Source of the DNA: Podarcis muralis | Taxonomy: Eukaryota | DNA: 64,000 nt | Direction: 5' to 3' | Assembly: GCF_964188315.1 (NCBI RefSeq) | Contig: NC_135655.1 | Coordinates: forward strand, 80,538,001-80,602,000 | In this document: piece after piece, positions 12,081 through 25,238 of the stretch | Position numbering within the stretch: the first letter of the stretch is position 1 | How the letters are laid out: every line of letters starts with the position of its first letter | The notes under the pieces: model-generated | Told to the model about the DNA's origin: nothing | The model's database searches: none | The model's input: only the letters and a program-made list of their open reading frames with translations | Program-made: the position numbers and the translations under genes

Positions 12081-12288
12081 CAGGGGTCTGCAACCTTTAA
12101 GACAAAAAGAGCCACTTGGACCGAAGGGAAAAAAACTGGGAGCCGCAAAACCATTGCGACATTTAAAACAGTGGGGAGTGTCGGGGCACGCAATGCGTCT
12201 CCTCCCCTCGCTAGTATCCGCCCCGGAGCTGCGGCAAAGGTGTAAAAGAGCCACATGCGGCTCCGGGGCCGCGGGTTGCTGACCCCTG
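12081..12288. mobile_element. hAT (Charlie-type) MITE in the acyltransferase 5' intron
   Basis: Terminal inverted repeats CAGGGGTCTGCAACC / GGTTGCTGACCCCTG and a perfect 8-bp TSD CCCTAGGG (12073-12080, 12289-12296). Confidence 0.9.
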
Positions 12289-12869
12289 CCCTAGGGCAAT
12301 TCTTGCCCTTAACCTCTGATTGAAGATCTCGCCTTTATATCCTGCCTTTCCTCTTTTACACACACACTTTTATCCTCTGAACTTTGTGAGGTAGATTGGG
12401 ATGAGCTTAGCAACTGGCTGAAGATAATTCAGTGAGCTTTATGGCTGAGGAGAAAATTAAGACTCCACTTTGTCCTAGTTCAAGGTTGGTAGTCGACCAA
12501 GTTTTACAACAGAGCTTTCCAAACTGTGTGTTGCAACACATGAGTGTGTTGTTGGCTACAGTGTGCGGGTGTGTCGTTCAAATACTCCCCACGCTCCTCC
12601 TGAGACTGGTAAAGGGTGCAGGCAGCCCAGTGGATTGCCAGTAAAACTGAATTACTGTGCTGCAAAACGATGCATGTCTAAAAAGTGTGTAGCTAACATG
12701 AAAAGTTTGGAAAGTTCTGTTTTACACAGAGCAGGCCCACTGAAATTAATTGACGTGACTAAGTTAGCTTGATTAATTTCAGTGCATCTACTTTGAGTAA
12801 AACTCAGCTGACACAGGCTTTTAACGAAGTCCTTTTCCTCCTTGGAGCTGAAACTCCTCCATGCACTGA

Positions 12870-13510
12870 ACGGTTTGCTCACTCGCGCGCTGCAAGAAGC
12901 CCGCCTGCCTGCGCACGCTTGCAATCGAAGCTGCACTTGGAAGCAGGGCTTTCGCTTCCCGCTGCCGCTGAGGCCGTGCTGGCTGCGGCTGATGGGAGCT
13001 GCACAACAACCCCGGCTGGGAGGTCGCCGCTTCCCGCTCCGCCCGCCAGAGGTTTGGGGGAGCGCGGCGAGCGGATCTTCCTTCCCCTCCAGGCGCCTGC
13101 AAATCCTCCCCGCCTTTCCCCGCGCGCCCAGGCGACGGTGGGTTCTGCACTCACCGCGACTTGAATGGCTCAGGACCCGGAGGAGTTGCAGCCGCCAGCT
13201 CCTCTCTCTCGCTGCTTCCGCAGGTGCCCAGTACCTTGTCGGATCCTCGCCAGGGTAGTGCCTCCCCGGGCAGGGCACGATCCTGTGGAAGGGCGCCAAG
13301 CGGGGAGTTGCTCTGTCCTGCGCCACGTGACTTGGCGCGGCTCCCTCTGGAGCAAAAGGAGGACAGATAAGGCGAGGCAAGTCGGTGCGAGAAGTGAAAC
13401 CTCACCCCACACCCGCGCTGCCTGGTGTTACTCAAGGAGAGGATTCAGGGCATTGGGGGTGGGTGGCGAGGTAGCTGCCCCTCCTGACCGCCAGATGAGC
13501 CGTCCTCCCC
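12870..13510 (-). promoter_or_regulatory. CpG island promoter and non-coding first exon(s) of the acyltransferase gene
   Basis: CpG-rich. Donor cg|GTGAGT (exon end 13155) and a second donor ga|GTGAGC (exon end 12883). Acceptor tttcctcag| at 11990, 9 nt before the ATG. GTCACGTGGC E-box at 13322-13331. Confidence 0.6.
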
Positions 13511-15823
13511 ACATTTCCAGCTTTCATGGCCTTTGGCTCAAACATATGTAAAGTTATTTCCTTTAGTTTTCCAGATTGCTGTTTCTGTCATGGTATGCTT
13601 TAGATGACATCCCTGCATTGCAAGGCGTTGGACTAGATGACCCTGGAGGTCCCTTCCTACTCTGCAGTGATTCTGCATCTCATCCGATTGTTTCAGTCCT
13701 TCCCCTGGCCTTTGAGAGAACTCTAAACAAATGTACAGGGTGAGTCCTTTGAAAGAGGCCCCCCGTGGATACAGAGTACACATGTTCCAGGGGCCTCTTT
13801 TAAAAGACCCACCTTGTACATGCCAGTGTGAGAAATGATTCTGTGTGAACTGCCGGTGCTTTTTAAATTGGTAGCTTCACTTTGTCATGTTTGTTGTATT
13901 TATCAGTTAGCTAGATGGCATTTTAAAGTATTTAACCCCCATCCTTCCTTTATCGAGGGTGCAATGAGATTAAGGGCCACTATCTGAACTATCTTGGCCA
14001 TTTGATTGCCCTTTTTAGCCATTGCTGTCTTTTTTCATTTATATATATTTTATTTGTATATATTGCTTGTTTTATGTTGTTATGGCCGTTGGCTAATGCA
14101 AATAAAGTTTATCTATGTTTAAACCCCCATTCTATAAGCTGCCTTGAAAGGTCAACTAGCTCAGGGAGACAGCATAGAAATTGATTAAATAAATAAAATA
14201 CAGCTAACATTAGTAGAGAGGTGGTATGTGATTGTTCTAAACATTATTGACCCTGATTTAGAAAGCTTACCTTGCTGGCTAAGAAATTGTGTATGCAGTT
14301 TAGATACAAACGTGCAATTTGATTTGCAACTCCCAGTGTCACATGTGGTAAACACACTCACCCAAGAAAGAAGGGGTGGAGGTCCAATTCTAGAAGCAAA
14401 AGGTGGGCACTTCTACTCTGTGCATCCCATTTGCTGTTAAAGTCAGACCTCTAATTTTGCAAATGATAGAGCTACAGGGGAGCTGTGAGGTAGGTAGCCA
14501 AGTTTGTTGAAGAGACCAGATTTTTCAGGGTGTATAAAACAAAAAGGAATTGCAAATGAGCTACAAAGGAATTTATCCAAACTGGGTGACTGAATCCCAT
14601 TTGCCAGTGTGAACTTAATTCAAAGTGGTCAGGGTCATTTTGGTGATCTATAAATGGCTTTTGATGAAATTGTTTTTCTGGAGCTTTTTAACAGGCTGTG
14701 TCAGAGAGTGAAGATGTTGTGTATTCTCTACCACAGAGCCTTCTCCCCCTGTAACTGTAGATAACTCACATACATAGCTCACATGTAACATTAACTCTGT
14801 CCCTCTCCAATATTGTTCTTTGGTAAGATGGTTCATTCTGAATAGAAATAATATTTTAGCCAACTATAAGGTGTATTGGATGAGGAAATCATTCCCTCTA
14901 ATAGCAAACTCTAGGAGGGATGTTTGACGCTGTCTTTAACTGTTTTAAAGCATCAGACAAAGACTTTCTCTTTTCACGGGTTTTTGGACCTTAGTTTGAA
15001 GTGAGACATTGTGGCCTTTTTGAGTGGGGATGGGATCTGTAAATCCTCATTTTTATTTGTGTAGCTGTGTTTTTATATTTTTATCAGATGTTCTTAATTG
15101 GTTTTAATAATGTAAGTTGCTTTGGGTCGTCACTCTGTGAGAAAAGTGACATATTTTTTGTTACTATTATTCTCAGCAGAGGGCTTTATAGGGCTTCTGG
15201 GAAACAAAGAGAATCCCAAGGTTCACAGAAGTTAAACTTTTTGGGGGGGGGGGTTATCTATGGGGGGAGGAACACCCCCCTCCAAAAAATGAAAACCAGG
15301 GAGGGGGGAAGGGAATGAAGAATCTTGGGAAGGGTCATGGCTGGCTGGAGCCTTCAAACAAGAGCACTCCATGCTACGTTTAGGTGTGCTTATGTTGTGA
15401 TATTTCACACTTGATGAAGATAAAGCTGTTTCCCCCTACAAAGGGCTGTAAATGATTTTTGCTCTAGTTTCTGCTCAGGAGCTGCTGCTTTGGACAACTC
15501 TGGGTCTGTTGCAAAAAGGTCCCTTCAGGAGGTAGGGGAAATTGGGCATTGCGGGACCTCTGCTGTTTGTCCCTCAGAACCCAATATTTTCAGTAGTGGA
15601 GGGGGCTGCCCATTTCCACCCTGCTCCACACGAATTCTCCATGAGACCTAACTCATGTCGATATTCAAAGCCCCAGATCAGTAAAAAATGAGACTTTGCT
15701 CTCTGCAATTAATTTGCAACTTTTCATGTTGGGCAACCAAGTACAGGGTAATCATTGACAGAGACATTGGTCCAGGTGAATGAACCTTAGTTTTTCATCA
15801 GGCAAGATCAGGATCATGTTATA

Positions 15824-16177
15824 CAGTGGTGCCCCGCAAGACGAAAGCCTCGCAAGACGGAAAACCCGCTAGACGAAAGGGTTTTCCGTTTTGGAGGCGC
15901 TTCGCAAAACGAATTTCCCTATGGGGTTGCTTCGCAAGACGAAAAAATCTTGCGAGTCCCCGCGGGTTTTTTTCGCTTTCCCCCCCTTTTCCTAAGCCGC
16001 TAAGCCGCTTATCAGCTGTTCCGCTGATAAGCCGCTTAACAACTGATCGCGAAAAGCCGCTAGACCGCTGTAGCGCTAATCCGCTAAGCTGTCAATGGGC
16101 TTGCTTCGCAAGACAAAAAAACCACTAGACGAAGAGAATCGTGGAACGGATTCTTTTCGTCTTGCGAGGCACCACTG
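15824..16177. mobile_element. Tc1/mariner (Tigger-like) MITE
   Basis: Terminal inverted repeats CAGTGGTGCCCCGCAAGACGAA / TTCGTCTTGCGAGGCACCACTG, TA TSD on both sides, and internal gcaagacgaa repeats. Confidence 0.88.
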
Positions 16178-17411
16178 TACAGTGTACAAAAACTGAACCA
16201 CTCCCCTCCCTTATTTTCTGAAAACATCAGAATCATACAACAAGCTCTTTCTGAAACTGGAGGCTTGTACAACAGTTACAGATAGGTAGCCGTGTTGGTC
16301 TGCCATAGTCAAAACAAAAAAAATTCCTTCCAGTAGCACCTTAAAGACCAACTAAGTTAAAACTGCTTGTACAACAGTTCTTGTTCACATCCCTTTCTCT
16401 GCTCATAAGGAGATTTGCTGGATTGGAGTCTTAGCCTGGTTGAACGTATGCCAAAAAATATGCCGAAGCTTAAAAATGTTCCCAGCTAATCAGAACCTGG
16501 GTGTCCCCCCCCCCCCCAACAAAAAGATCACTACCTACTTCAGAAGCTTACAGAAAAAGCTTCTGGATTTGAGCCAGTGTGCTGCAATAGCTAGACAAGA
16601 CCAGGAGACTGAGGTTACCCTTTGCTCTGCTGAAACCCATTTAGCCATGAAGCACATTTGATGACAATGGGCCATCTTCCAGCCATTCTGCCTAATATGG
16701 CTGTTGTGAGGAGAAAAGTTCCACATAAGCTGCCTTGATCTCCTTCAAGGAAAGTTTAAGATAGCAATGCGATAAAATAAAAACAAAGCGTGTTTTTAGG
16801 GTGACTTGTGCCATTAATAAAAAATTCTGAAGCCTGAGGGCTTCCATGAAAGACAAGCGCCCCCCCCCCATATAAATACAGATAGGAGACTTTCATCGCT
16901 AACCTTGACAGTCAAGTCGTCTGACACCACAAAGCTAAAATATCACACAGGTGCATAAATCCAGAAAGCAATGGTTTTAATAACTGCAGAACCAGTCAAA
17001 TGTCCCATTCCATCCCTAACCCAGAAGAATACCTTTACAAGAGCAACCAGGTTATTTATGATCTTTTATATATAACCCTACAGTCTGGAAGTTGTGAATC
17101 CTCAGACAAACCCCTTTAGGGCATTGCCCTATTTCATAAAGTCTGGGGTCTGCTGCTATCCTGGAGAACGTTTAGTTTTTAAAAAGACGTCTAAGCACTT
17201 CACGCTGGAGGATTCTGCTTCGCCATCACCACAGAAAAGCAAAAGGGAGGCTTCAGCTAAGGGGCATCTGGATGCAAGGTAGCCTTCTCTGGAAGAATCT
17301 GATCTCCAGGGCCAAGAGAAGCCAGGGAGCAAACCAGCAGTGCATCTGGCCAGCGCATCTCAAGAAGCCATTTTCTATTCACGGAGAGTAGGAGGGAGAC
17401 CCGTCTCGGCC

Positions 17412-20400
17412 TCATTCCTTGGCTGCTTTGCGCTGCGTTTGGCGTTTCTGCAGCAATGCCAGTGTATCCCTCTTCTCAATGCGACGCAATTGCTTCTTCT
17501 TTGCACGCTTCAGTTTTGCTGGATTCCGAATCTGAAGGAAGGAGCAGAAAAGTAATGACAATGGTGCTGCCAGCACTCTTGTATATGAGACTTAAGAACT
17601 CTCAGGAAGAACAAGTCTCCTATCCTCGCCAGAGGCTTCAGAACAGGGATAGACAAGACTTTGGACTTGGGGATACATTCTTTGATTTTTACTGGATCCA
17701 GAAATCCACCAACAAGAATGCCAAGGGCAAAAGATATAGTACACTTTGAATGAAAGGATTACGAGTGCAGGAGATTGATCCTGAGTACCAGAACTGAATT
17801 CACAGTTCTCCCATGCACCTGCCCTCCTCCAATACACACTCTTCATTTCATCAGTATAATTTAGGATGGATGGAGGGGTTTTTTAAGGTATGTGTGATAT
17901 CACTAAACAATTGGGGGTCATGCATCTTTGGAGACGGCCTTCAAATTATCCAGAGATCTGCAAAAGAATCTTGATCTATCATTTGGCACGCACCATATTA
18001 TGTCCAATATTGTTTTACAACATGAGACTGAAGATTTTGTGAATACATCATTATTCTTACTAATAAAAGGTAGGTAAAGGACCCCTGGACAGTTAAGTCC
18101 AGTCAAAGGCTTGTGGCACTCATCTTGCTTTCAGGCCGAGGGAGCTGGTGTTTGTCCACAGACAGCTTTCCGGGTCATGTGGCCAGCATGACTAAGCTGC
18201 TTCTAGCGCAATGGAACACCATGACGGAACATTACTATTTTTAATATAGATCAATTATAACTGGTATGCATGAGAGAACGATGAGTGAATCTTTGGAAAG
18301 CAGCTCTGCAATGGTGCCAGTCAGGAAAAGCAAAATATGGTGGCCAACTGCTGTAAACAGGACTGTTTTAAGCAAAACATCAGATCAACGACATCTCTTG
18401 AGAGATGAAACTGCACATCCAGAAAAGCTGTGCCCATTTGCCTAGACCTGAAAGGCACCATGATAAGGAAACAATTTATGAGCCACACAACCTGAAAAGG
18501 CCTTGCAATCCTGGGACCTAGAGGTATTCAGATGGGCATCCGAAAGATGATGCAAGTGCTTTGCGAGCCCAGAAACTGTCCATGTCAGTCTTGCAATCCA
18601 CAGATTTTAAGAATGGGGAAAATGATCCATTTATGAAACAAAGTCCTTTCAGCACCCCAAGGACAGGAGCCGTAGTCATCTGGAGGGCACCACATTGGCT
18701 ACTCCTGAATTAGATACTATTCTTGCAAGATTTTGGCTCCAGCCCATTCTTGCATTGATCAGCAACTAGGATTATAGATTTTCATCCACATTCACATGGT
18801 ATTAGTCTGGCTAGAGTATCACCCATTTTGCTATACAACATTATATCTCCATTACTACATTGGGCAAAAAAATCCTGCGTTGTCTTGGCTCAATAAGTGG
18901 TGGATATATAGTAATTGTAAGGTGAAATAAGCAGCCTCTCCATCATCCAACCACCACAAAGACAATTTCTAGCCTACACCTCTCTTGGCTCACTCTCACT
19001 GGAAACAAAAATGGCGTCCTAGTTTAAGCAGATTTATACGTAAAACGAGTGTGTTAGGCTAAACTCAACCTAGGGTAAGTGAGGGTTTGGATAAACTTTG
19101 TATATTTGTTAGATGAAAACAGGCCCACACCTCCCCTAAACACTCCTCCTCGATTAGCGGCAACTAGGAAGCATGGTCTAACATGCCATTTCTATCAAGC
19201 TAAGCACAACACGGAGAGAACAAATGATCTGTTTATTGCAGCAGTGCTCCTCTTCTCACAGAAGGCAAGTTTCTTCTTCAAGAGAAAACTAAGGACTTAA
19301 AAGGGGAAACTCACCACTTGCACAACCTCTGCCTTCCGCTCATTCTCCAGTCGTCTTCTTAAGTTTTCTTCCCTTCGCAGTTTTTTCTCCTGAAGGAGAA
19401 GACAGTGAAACCAGTTATATGTATTATTTTAGAGCCACAGCAGTGGGAATCTGAACCCTGATCTCCCAGGTCCTAGTCCAACACTCTATTCACCACAGCA
19501 CACTGGCTTCCTAGAGTACTTCTGCTATGGGACAGCTATATATATTAAATAGGCAAATAATGGGGAAAGCAAAATGTCACTTAGAGGATCTGAAATATTT
19601 TCCTTGAAGCTTGAATTTGTTTTATTCTGGATTATTTTATTTGATGTTTTAATGTGTTGGGGAAAAATCCCAAAGCAGTTTATTTTAAAATATAAGCCAG
19701 TACAGAAATGAAATGAATAATAATAATAAAGTTAATTGGTGCGTAGATATTCTGTTGTGGCGACCGTAACCCAGGTTTAAGGGCACTGAAAATTAGCTTA
19801 TATACCTGAGTTTCTAACACTGCCCAGAAGAGAGGACATGTGTCACAGCAAAGAAGACCCTCTAACTTAGTATTGCATAATGGATAGTCCTTGAACATGA
19901 AGGGCTTATCCAAATATCTTAACCTGTCGGCAGGACAATACTGGAGTGGGGAGGTGCTCTTTTAAGTATTTAGGTCCTAAATTTTATAAGATAAAATATC
20001 AATAAAACTTTTGAGTTCAGATTAGTAATATCTTGAAAGACAGTGCAAGTCTTTCAGTACACGTATGGCTTCAGTCAGCTGCTGCACTTAATAACCAGGG
20101 AGTTGCCTTGTATGCTAACTGTAGCTTTCATGTTGTCGTCAAGGGCAGCACCGCATGCAACACACTGCAGTAATCTAAGAGGTTATCAGAACATGTATAA
20201 CTGTGAGAAGTCTATCCCAGGTCCAGGAATGGCAGTACCTGGCGATCTAGTCAGAGCGGGCACTCCTTAAGACACTTGGGTCTCCAGCGACAAAGATGAA
20301 TCTAGGCACATCCTTGGGTGACACACCTCTTCTTTCGAAGGGGACCGACTCTATTCAGAACAGGCCACCTGCCTGCTTCCAGACCTAGGAACCACTATTC

Positions 20401-21274
20401 AACAGACCACTTTATATCACCATTTTCTCTCACCTCACGCTCCTTTCGTTTTTCTTCCACCAACTGCCGTGCAAAATCTTTGACTAGTTTCTTTTCCTGA
20501 TGTTCCTTCATCTTGCGTTCCCAGGAGGTACGCAAAGGCTTATCCAGAGTCATGAGAGAAAACCTAGCAAGGAGAAAACGGAGCCATTACCAACCACTGC
20601 CATGAGCGTAAAACCATACAAAGGCTTCAAATGTATAGGCTTTGGCTTTAAACATATACACTTTTTTTTCCTTTCTCTTAACTCTTTTTAGTTATTTTTA
20701 GCGTGCATCGCCTTGATATGGTTGTTTAGAAGGTGCTTGATAAATAGATGATGATAACAAAAAACTCAAGTGAAGCTTGTTTCTAAGTTCCTGTTCATCA
20801 GACGGGGCTACACACTTCGCAGGCCATGCTCTCCACAGACTGGCAAAGACACTGTGTAGAACAATCGAACTATTCTGTGGAAACGATTGGAGGGGGCTTA
20901 TTTAAGCACTGCAAACCACCTGCGAGTCAAATTTGTTTCAAAATCAGAGCAAAAATTAACTGCACGCGACTTGCTTGTTAACCTTCAGTTTGCACCACAC
21001 GCAAACGTCCCGCCGCCTACAGGCGAAGATCAAACTCTCACCGCTTCTTGCCGGTGTCTTTCCATACCCGCCCCGATTTAGGCTTTCCTCTGGGGATGGC
21101 GGGCGCCTCCTTCCTCTTCGTTCCCGGGGCAGCTGCCTGCGGTTTCCCTGGTCCAGCTTCTACCGAGGCGGCCGCTTCCTCGCCGTTCCCGGGCTGCTGG
21201 ACCTGCTCACCTCGGTCAGTATCGGGAGGGGGCTGCTCACTCAGCGGCTCCGCTTCAGAAACAAGCGCCGCCAT
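17412..21274 (-). CDS. CCDC86: Coiled-coil domain-containing protein 86 (cyclon, Cgr1 family), 185 aa
   Basis: Exons 21274-21042, 20563-20434, 19389-19315 and 17531-17412, all GT-AG and in phase. Sequence [52 protein letters not shown]|[29 protein letters not shown]. Confidence 0.96.
18066..18222 (-). mobile_element. Sauria SINE 3' half, CCDC86 intron 3
   Basis: Reverse complement of the SINE core and (ACCTTT) tail seen at 4609-4968. Confidence 0.8.
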
Positions 21275-21560
21275 AGCCTACTCGCCGGATCCCCCGAAAA
21301 CTGCTGCTCTGCCTCCCTCCACGTGGGAGAAATACAGGGACGTCGCCCTCGGATGACGTTTCGTCCTCGAGTATATGCGTAGAGCAACGCGAGTGGTTTG
21401 TTGCGCCCAGGCGCGTGAGGGAAACGTGGGCGGAGACAGCCATCTGACCACAATTGGCCAATTGTCCTTCGGCTGCGAAGAGATGCGGTCTTACCCGTTC
21501 CATAACAACAGTTCCGGTTTCCGGTTGTATTTGGTGTGATTTTTGACATGCGGGGCAACA
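21275..21560 (-). promoter_or_regulatory. CCDC86 CpG-island promoter
   Basis: CpG-dense and TATA-less. Tandem TTCCGG (ETS/GABP-type) motifs near 21513-21525 and a TGACGT half-CRE near 21354. Confidence 0.6.
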
Positions 21561-22636
21561 GCAGCGGAAATACATGGAACTCAAAAGGGTTGGAAGTTCA
21601 CCTTCTTGCAGCGCATTGAAATGATCGAAAAATGAATAAAATAAATAAATGAAAAGATTTAAAAAATAAAATAGCCCTTGATGACTGGCACACACTCACA
21701 CACCCGCCAGTGCATTGCAGGGGTTGGACTAGATAACCCTTGTATGCATACTGTCTTAAAGGGACTGTTGTGATTTATTTATTAAAAGGAAATTTGGCTG
21801 CAATCTACAAGTTGTTTTACTTTAGCATAAAAAGGAGTGGAGACTGTAAGCTAAAGTTTTCACTGTAGCTCTCAGCAGCACTAATTTTAATCGTAAACAT
21901 TTCATTTCTAGATCTGAACACCACAGAAGGAAGTAGCAGAACCTGCACACGAGCACCCAGAAAAGAACAAACCACGGGGAAGCATTGACATTTATTAACA
22001 AACCACTTCACACACCAAAAGATATTTTAGTCTGAATGCAGAAGGCACATGGCAGGTGATGTATAACAACATTCAATTCAATAATCAGACCTGAGATACT
22101 ATATAAAAACTAGAATGTTGATTTGGACTAGGCACAAAAAGATTCTGATAAACACACAATGCCAGCAATATATTTATCCAAATATATATATATATATATG
22201 TGCAGTAGTTTAGGATAGGAGCTTATTTCCATACACACTTTAAATGGATGCAACAATTCATCTTTCTATACTTGGTTATAAATTGAAAGGTTCTCTTTTA
22301 TTGGTATTTTCTGTTAAAACAAGTGCTTGCTCTTCAGTTTCACTGCTATAACAAAAATGATAACAATAGAAAAACTAACGCATGGGCTGTTTTCATTTTG
22401 ATCATATATTTTGTGGTTTTTCATTTTGATTTTGTTCTGTGAACTGCCCTGAGATCTCCAGCTATAGGGCAGTATATAAATCCAATAAATAATGATGATG
22501 ATGTCTCCTAAAGTGTGCACAGTCATTACATGGACTCTGGGCTCTTTTTCTATAACAATAATGAGACATGAGAGGATGGCCTGCCTATGCCCAGCACAGT
22601 GAATTCACTGAGAAATCAAGTTATAAAGCCTATCCT

Positions 22637-23003
22637 GGTAGGTAAAAAAAGGTAAAGGATGCCTGGATGGCTAAGTCCAGTCAAAGGTGACTATAGGGTG
22701 TGGCGCTAATCTCGCTTTCAGGCCAAGGGAGCCAGTGTTTATAGACAGCTTTCCAGGTCATGTGGCCAGCATGTCTAAACCGCTGCCATGACGGAAGTCA
22801 GAGCACATGGCAACACCATATACCTTCCCGTCACAGCAGTACCTATTTATCTACTTGCACTGGTGTGCTTTTGAACTGCTAGGTGGGCAGGAGCTGGGAC
22901 AGAGCAACAAGAGCTCACCCTGTCATGGGGATTTGAACCGCCAACCTTCCAATCAGCAACCCGAAGGGGCTCAGTGGTTTAGACCACAGCGCTACGCATT
23001 CCC
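22637..23003 (-). mobile_element. Sauria SINE, near full length
   Basis: Reverse complement of head, core and tail as at 4609-4968. Confidence 0.85.
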
Positions 23004-25238
23004 TACCCGGTAGGTATGCTTTTAGGATGTAGAGTGGTGATAGCACTGGCATTCTCAAATGCTCCCCAAGCTGAACAATTCCTTGCAACTACAAAACTAG
23101 CACCTTAGGAAGAACTATTCAACCTTGTCCCCCGGAAACAACCCTTTTGACTTCATTTTGCTGATTGCCCAAACTGCCCCACAAAGATTTAAACATTTTT
23201 TTCTGCCTCTGGAAATAATACTGTATGCTATCACAATGTGGACAAGCTTTGACAAACTTGTTTGCATGCTATGAAAACAGAATCTCTCACACTGTCCTAC
23301 CAATTGCACTTTGGTCAACATCTCAGTTGTTACAAATGCAACACATCATCAGTGCATCTTACTACTCTTTGATCCCATCCCTTTTTATAGTGTAACAAAA
23401 GTAAACAAATTTAAGCAGATTTCTCTCTTTCAAATATCAACCTTTAAGCCTCCAGATGAGGTTTCTGCATAACTTTTTTTAAACAGCATCTCCTTCATAA
23501 TCTATTGAGTACTTTCATGAAGTAACTGCCTCCCAGTTACAGTAGAGGTGAGCTATCGTAATCTTACCTCTAGTGAATTTTCTCAGGCAGATTTTCAGCT
23601 GTCTAAGAAACATCGCTGTGGGAACCAAGGGGAACCAACATGTAGGAAGATTGGAAGCTTTTTCATACCAGTCAGAATGTTGACCTTTCTAGCTCATTAT
23701 TGTCTAAAGTGACTGAGAGCAGATTTTCAAGGTTTCAGACAGCAGTTTCTGTCTGGAGATGCCAGCGACTGAGCCATTTGCATCCTGTGCTTCAGAAGCC
23801 CATCGGAAAGTCTGATTGTGCTCTGGAGAGGTAAAAGAGAACATTGTGTTCTTCTTCCCTTAACTGCCCCTGATTCTATACACTCAGAAAGAAATCACAT
23901 TCTTCACTGGTATTTATTCCGAGATTAAGCGTCCATAAGATTGCAGCATTACAGTGCAATTGTATGCATGTCTACTTAGAGGTAAGATCAATTGGGTTCA
24001 ATGAGATGTACTCCCAGGTGTGTACAAGACTGCTGCATTCGGGTACCAGGGCAACCTGAAGAATGAAAGGGATATAGCGTTTGGTATGTGGGCGAAGACT
24101 TAATCTATCTTTCTTCTCTGGTTGCAGACAGGCTGAGATGCTGATGAAATGTTTTCCAGTGTGAGAATGCTTGATTTAATGTGAACTGTTCCTGTGGAAG
24201 AATATGTGTTGTGCATTCATTAAAAACCCACATCAGTTTTCCCTGCAGGAAGATCCACAAGCAGTTTTCTAACCAGCTCAAAGAGCTATATATTTTCTCA
24301 AAAAATTCACAGCACTTTCCCTTCCAATATAGTGTGTACTTATATGAGTCTCATCATCACCACAGTGTCCATTTCATTACCACAAACCTAAATTTCATGT
24401 TGGAATAAGCGCAGACAATCTGTTTGGGCTCTCTCTCCTCACCAAACCCAGGAGAATTTAGAGATCAGACTGTTGTCTTCCAGGAACACACAGGAAAGGC
24501 CCAAAATGGAAACTTTTTAAAAGGTACAGAGATTTCCCTTTCTTGATAATGCACAAAAATGAAGAGAAGTCTTGGATTTGGAAAACCTTCTTTTCAGCTT
24601 ATGTGGCAGGACCCATAGAGGAGGGTCACAGGCAAGTTTATAGTTTGTTTTCTCTTTCTAAAGAAAGCCAGGCAAGAGATTAGCAGGATTCCTGCAGTCC
24701 ATCTTGGAAAAGGTGAAGTATCTGCAAGAAGTTCACAGCTGTGTAGCTCTAAGCAAGAGAGACCTCTATAATTGCTGCAAATGGTGTGCCAAGAAGTGCC
24801 AAGAGAAGCCTTATCACGATGCCTGGAAAAAACAAGAAGAACAAAGTTGGTAATTGTTCTCTGCAAGCTTTACCCATCCTCTACCCAGACACAACTTTTG
24901 CCTCCTTCCATTATTCTAAGAGAAATGTAGGAGCCAGCCCTTTCAGGGGAGAGCCAGATACCACTGAAATCCCTGCAAAGAGGGAAAGTGAGGATCACAA
25001 AAAATTGAAATTATTACTGTACATTGAGATCAGATTCTGTTCAATATTTGATGGGAAAAGGGCATAACTCAAAGCCATGTCAGGGAGGGAGGAGAGAACA
25101 CACTTGAAATTTGCAGGCTACTACCAAGCTTATGATTTTCTTTCCACATAGCTGAGTGAGGAACAGTGTTGATTTAGGGGTGGGTTTTCCCCAGCCACAG
25201 CAAACCTGTGACAGAAAAAGGCAGGGATTCACCCTCAC

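Noticed and set aside
12652-13551. Many overlapping 80-240 aa ORFs on both strands
   Set aside because: Expected in a GC-rich CpG island with few stop codons; no recognisable domain.
15150-15440. Possible solo LTR (TG...CA); similar candidates at about 38555-38780 and 51429-52112
   Set aside because: No target-site duplication, primer-binding site or second copy in the window.
23115-23321. Plus-strand NNTVCYHNV, resembling a chemoattractant-receptor ECL2
   Set aside because: Immediately followed by a stop, with no surrounding transmembrane segments.
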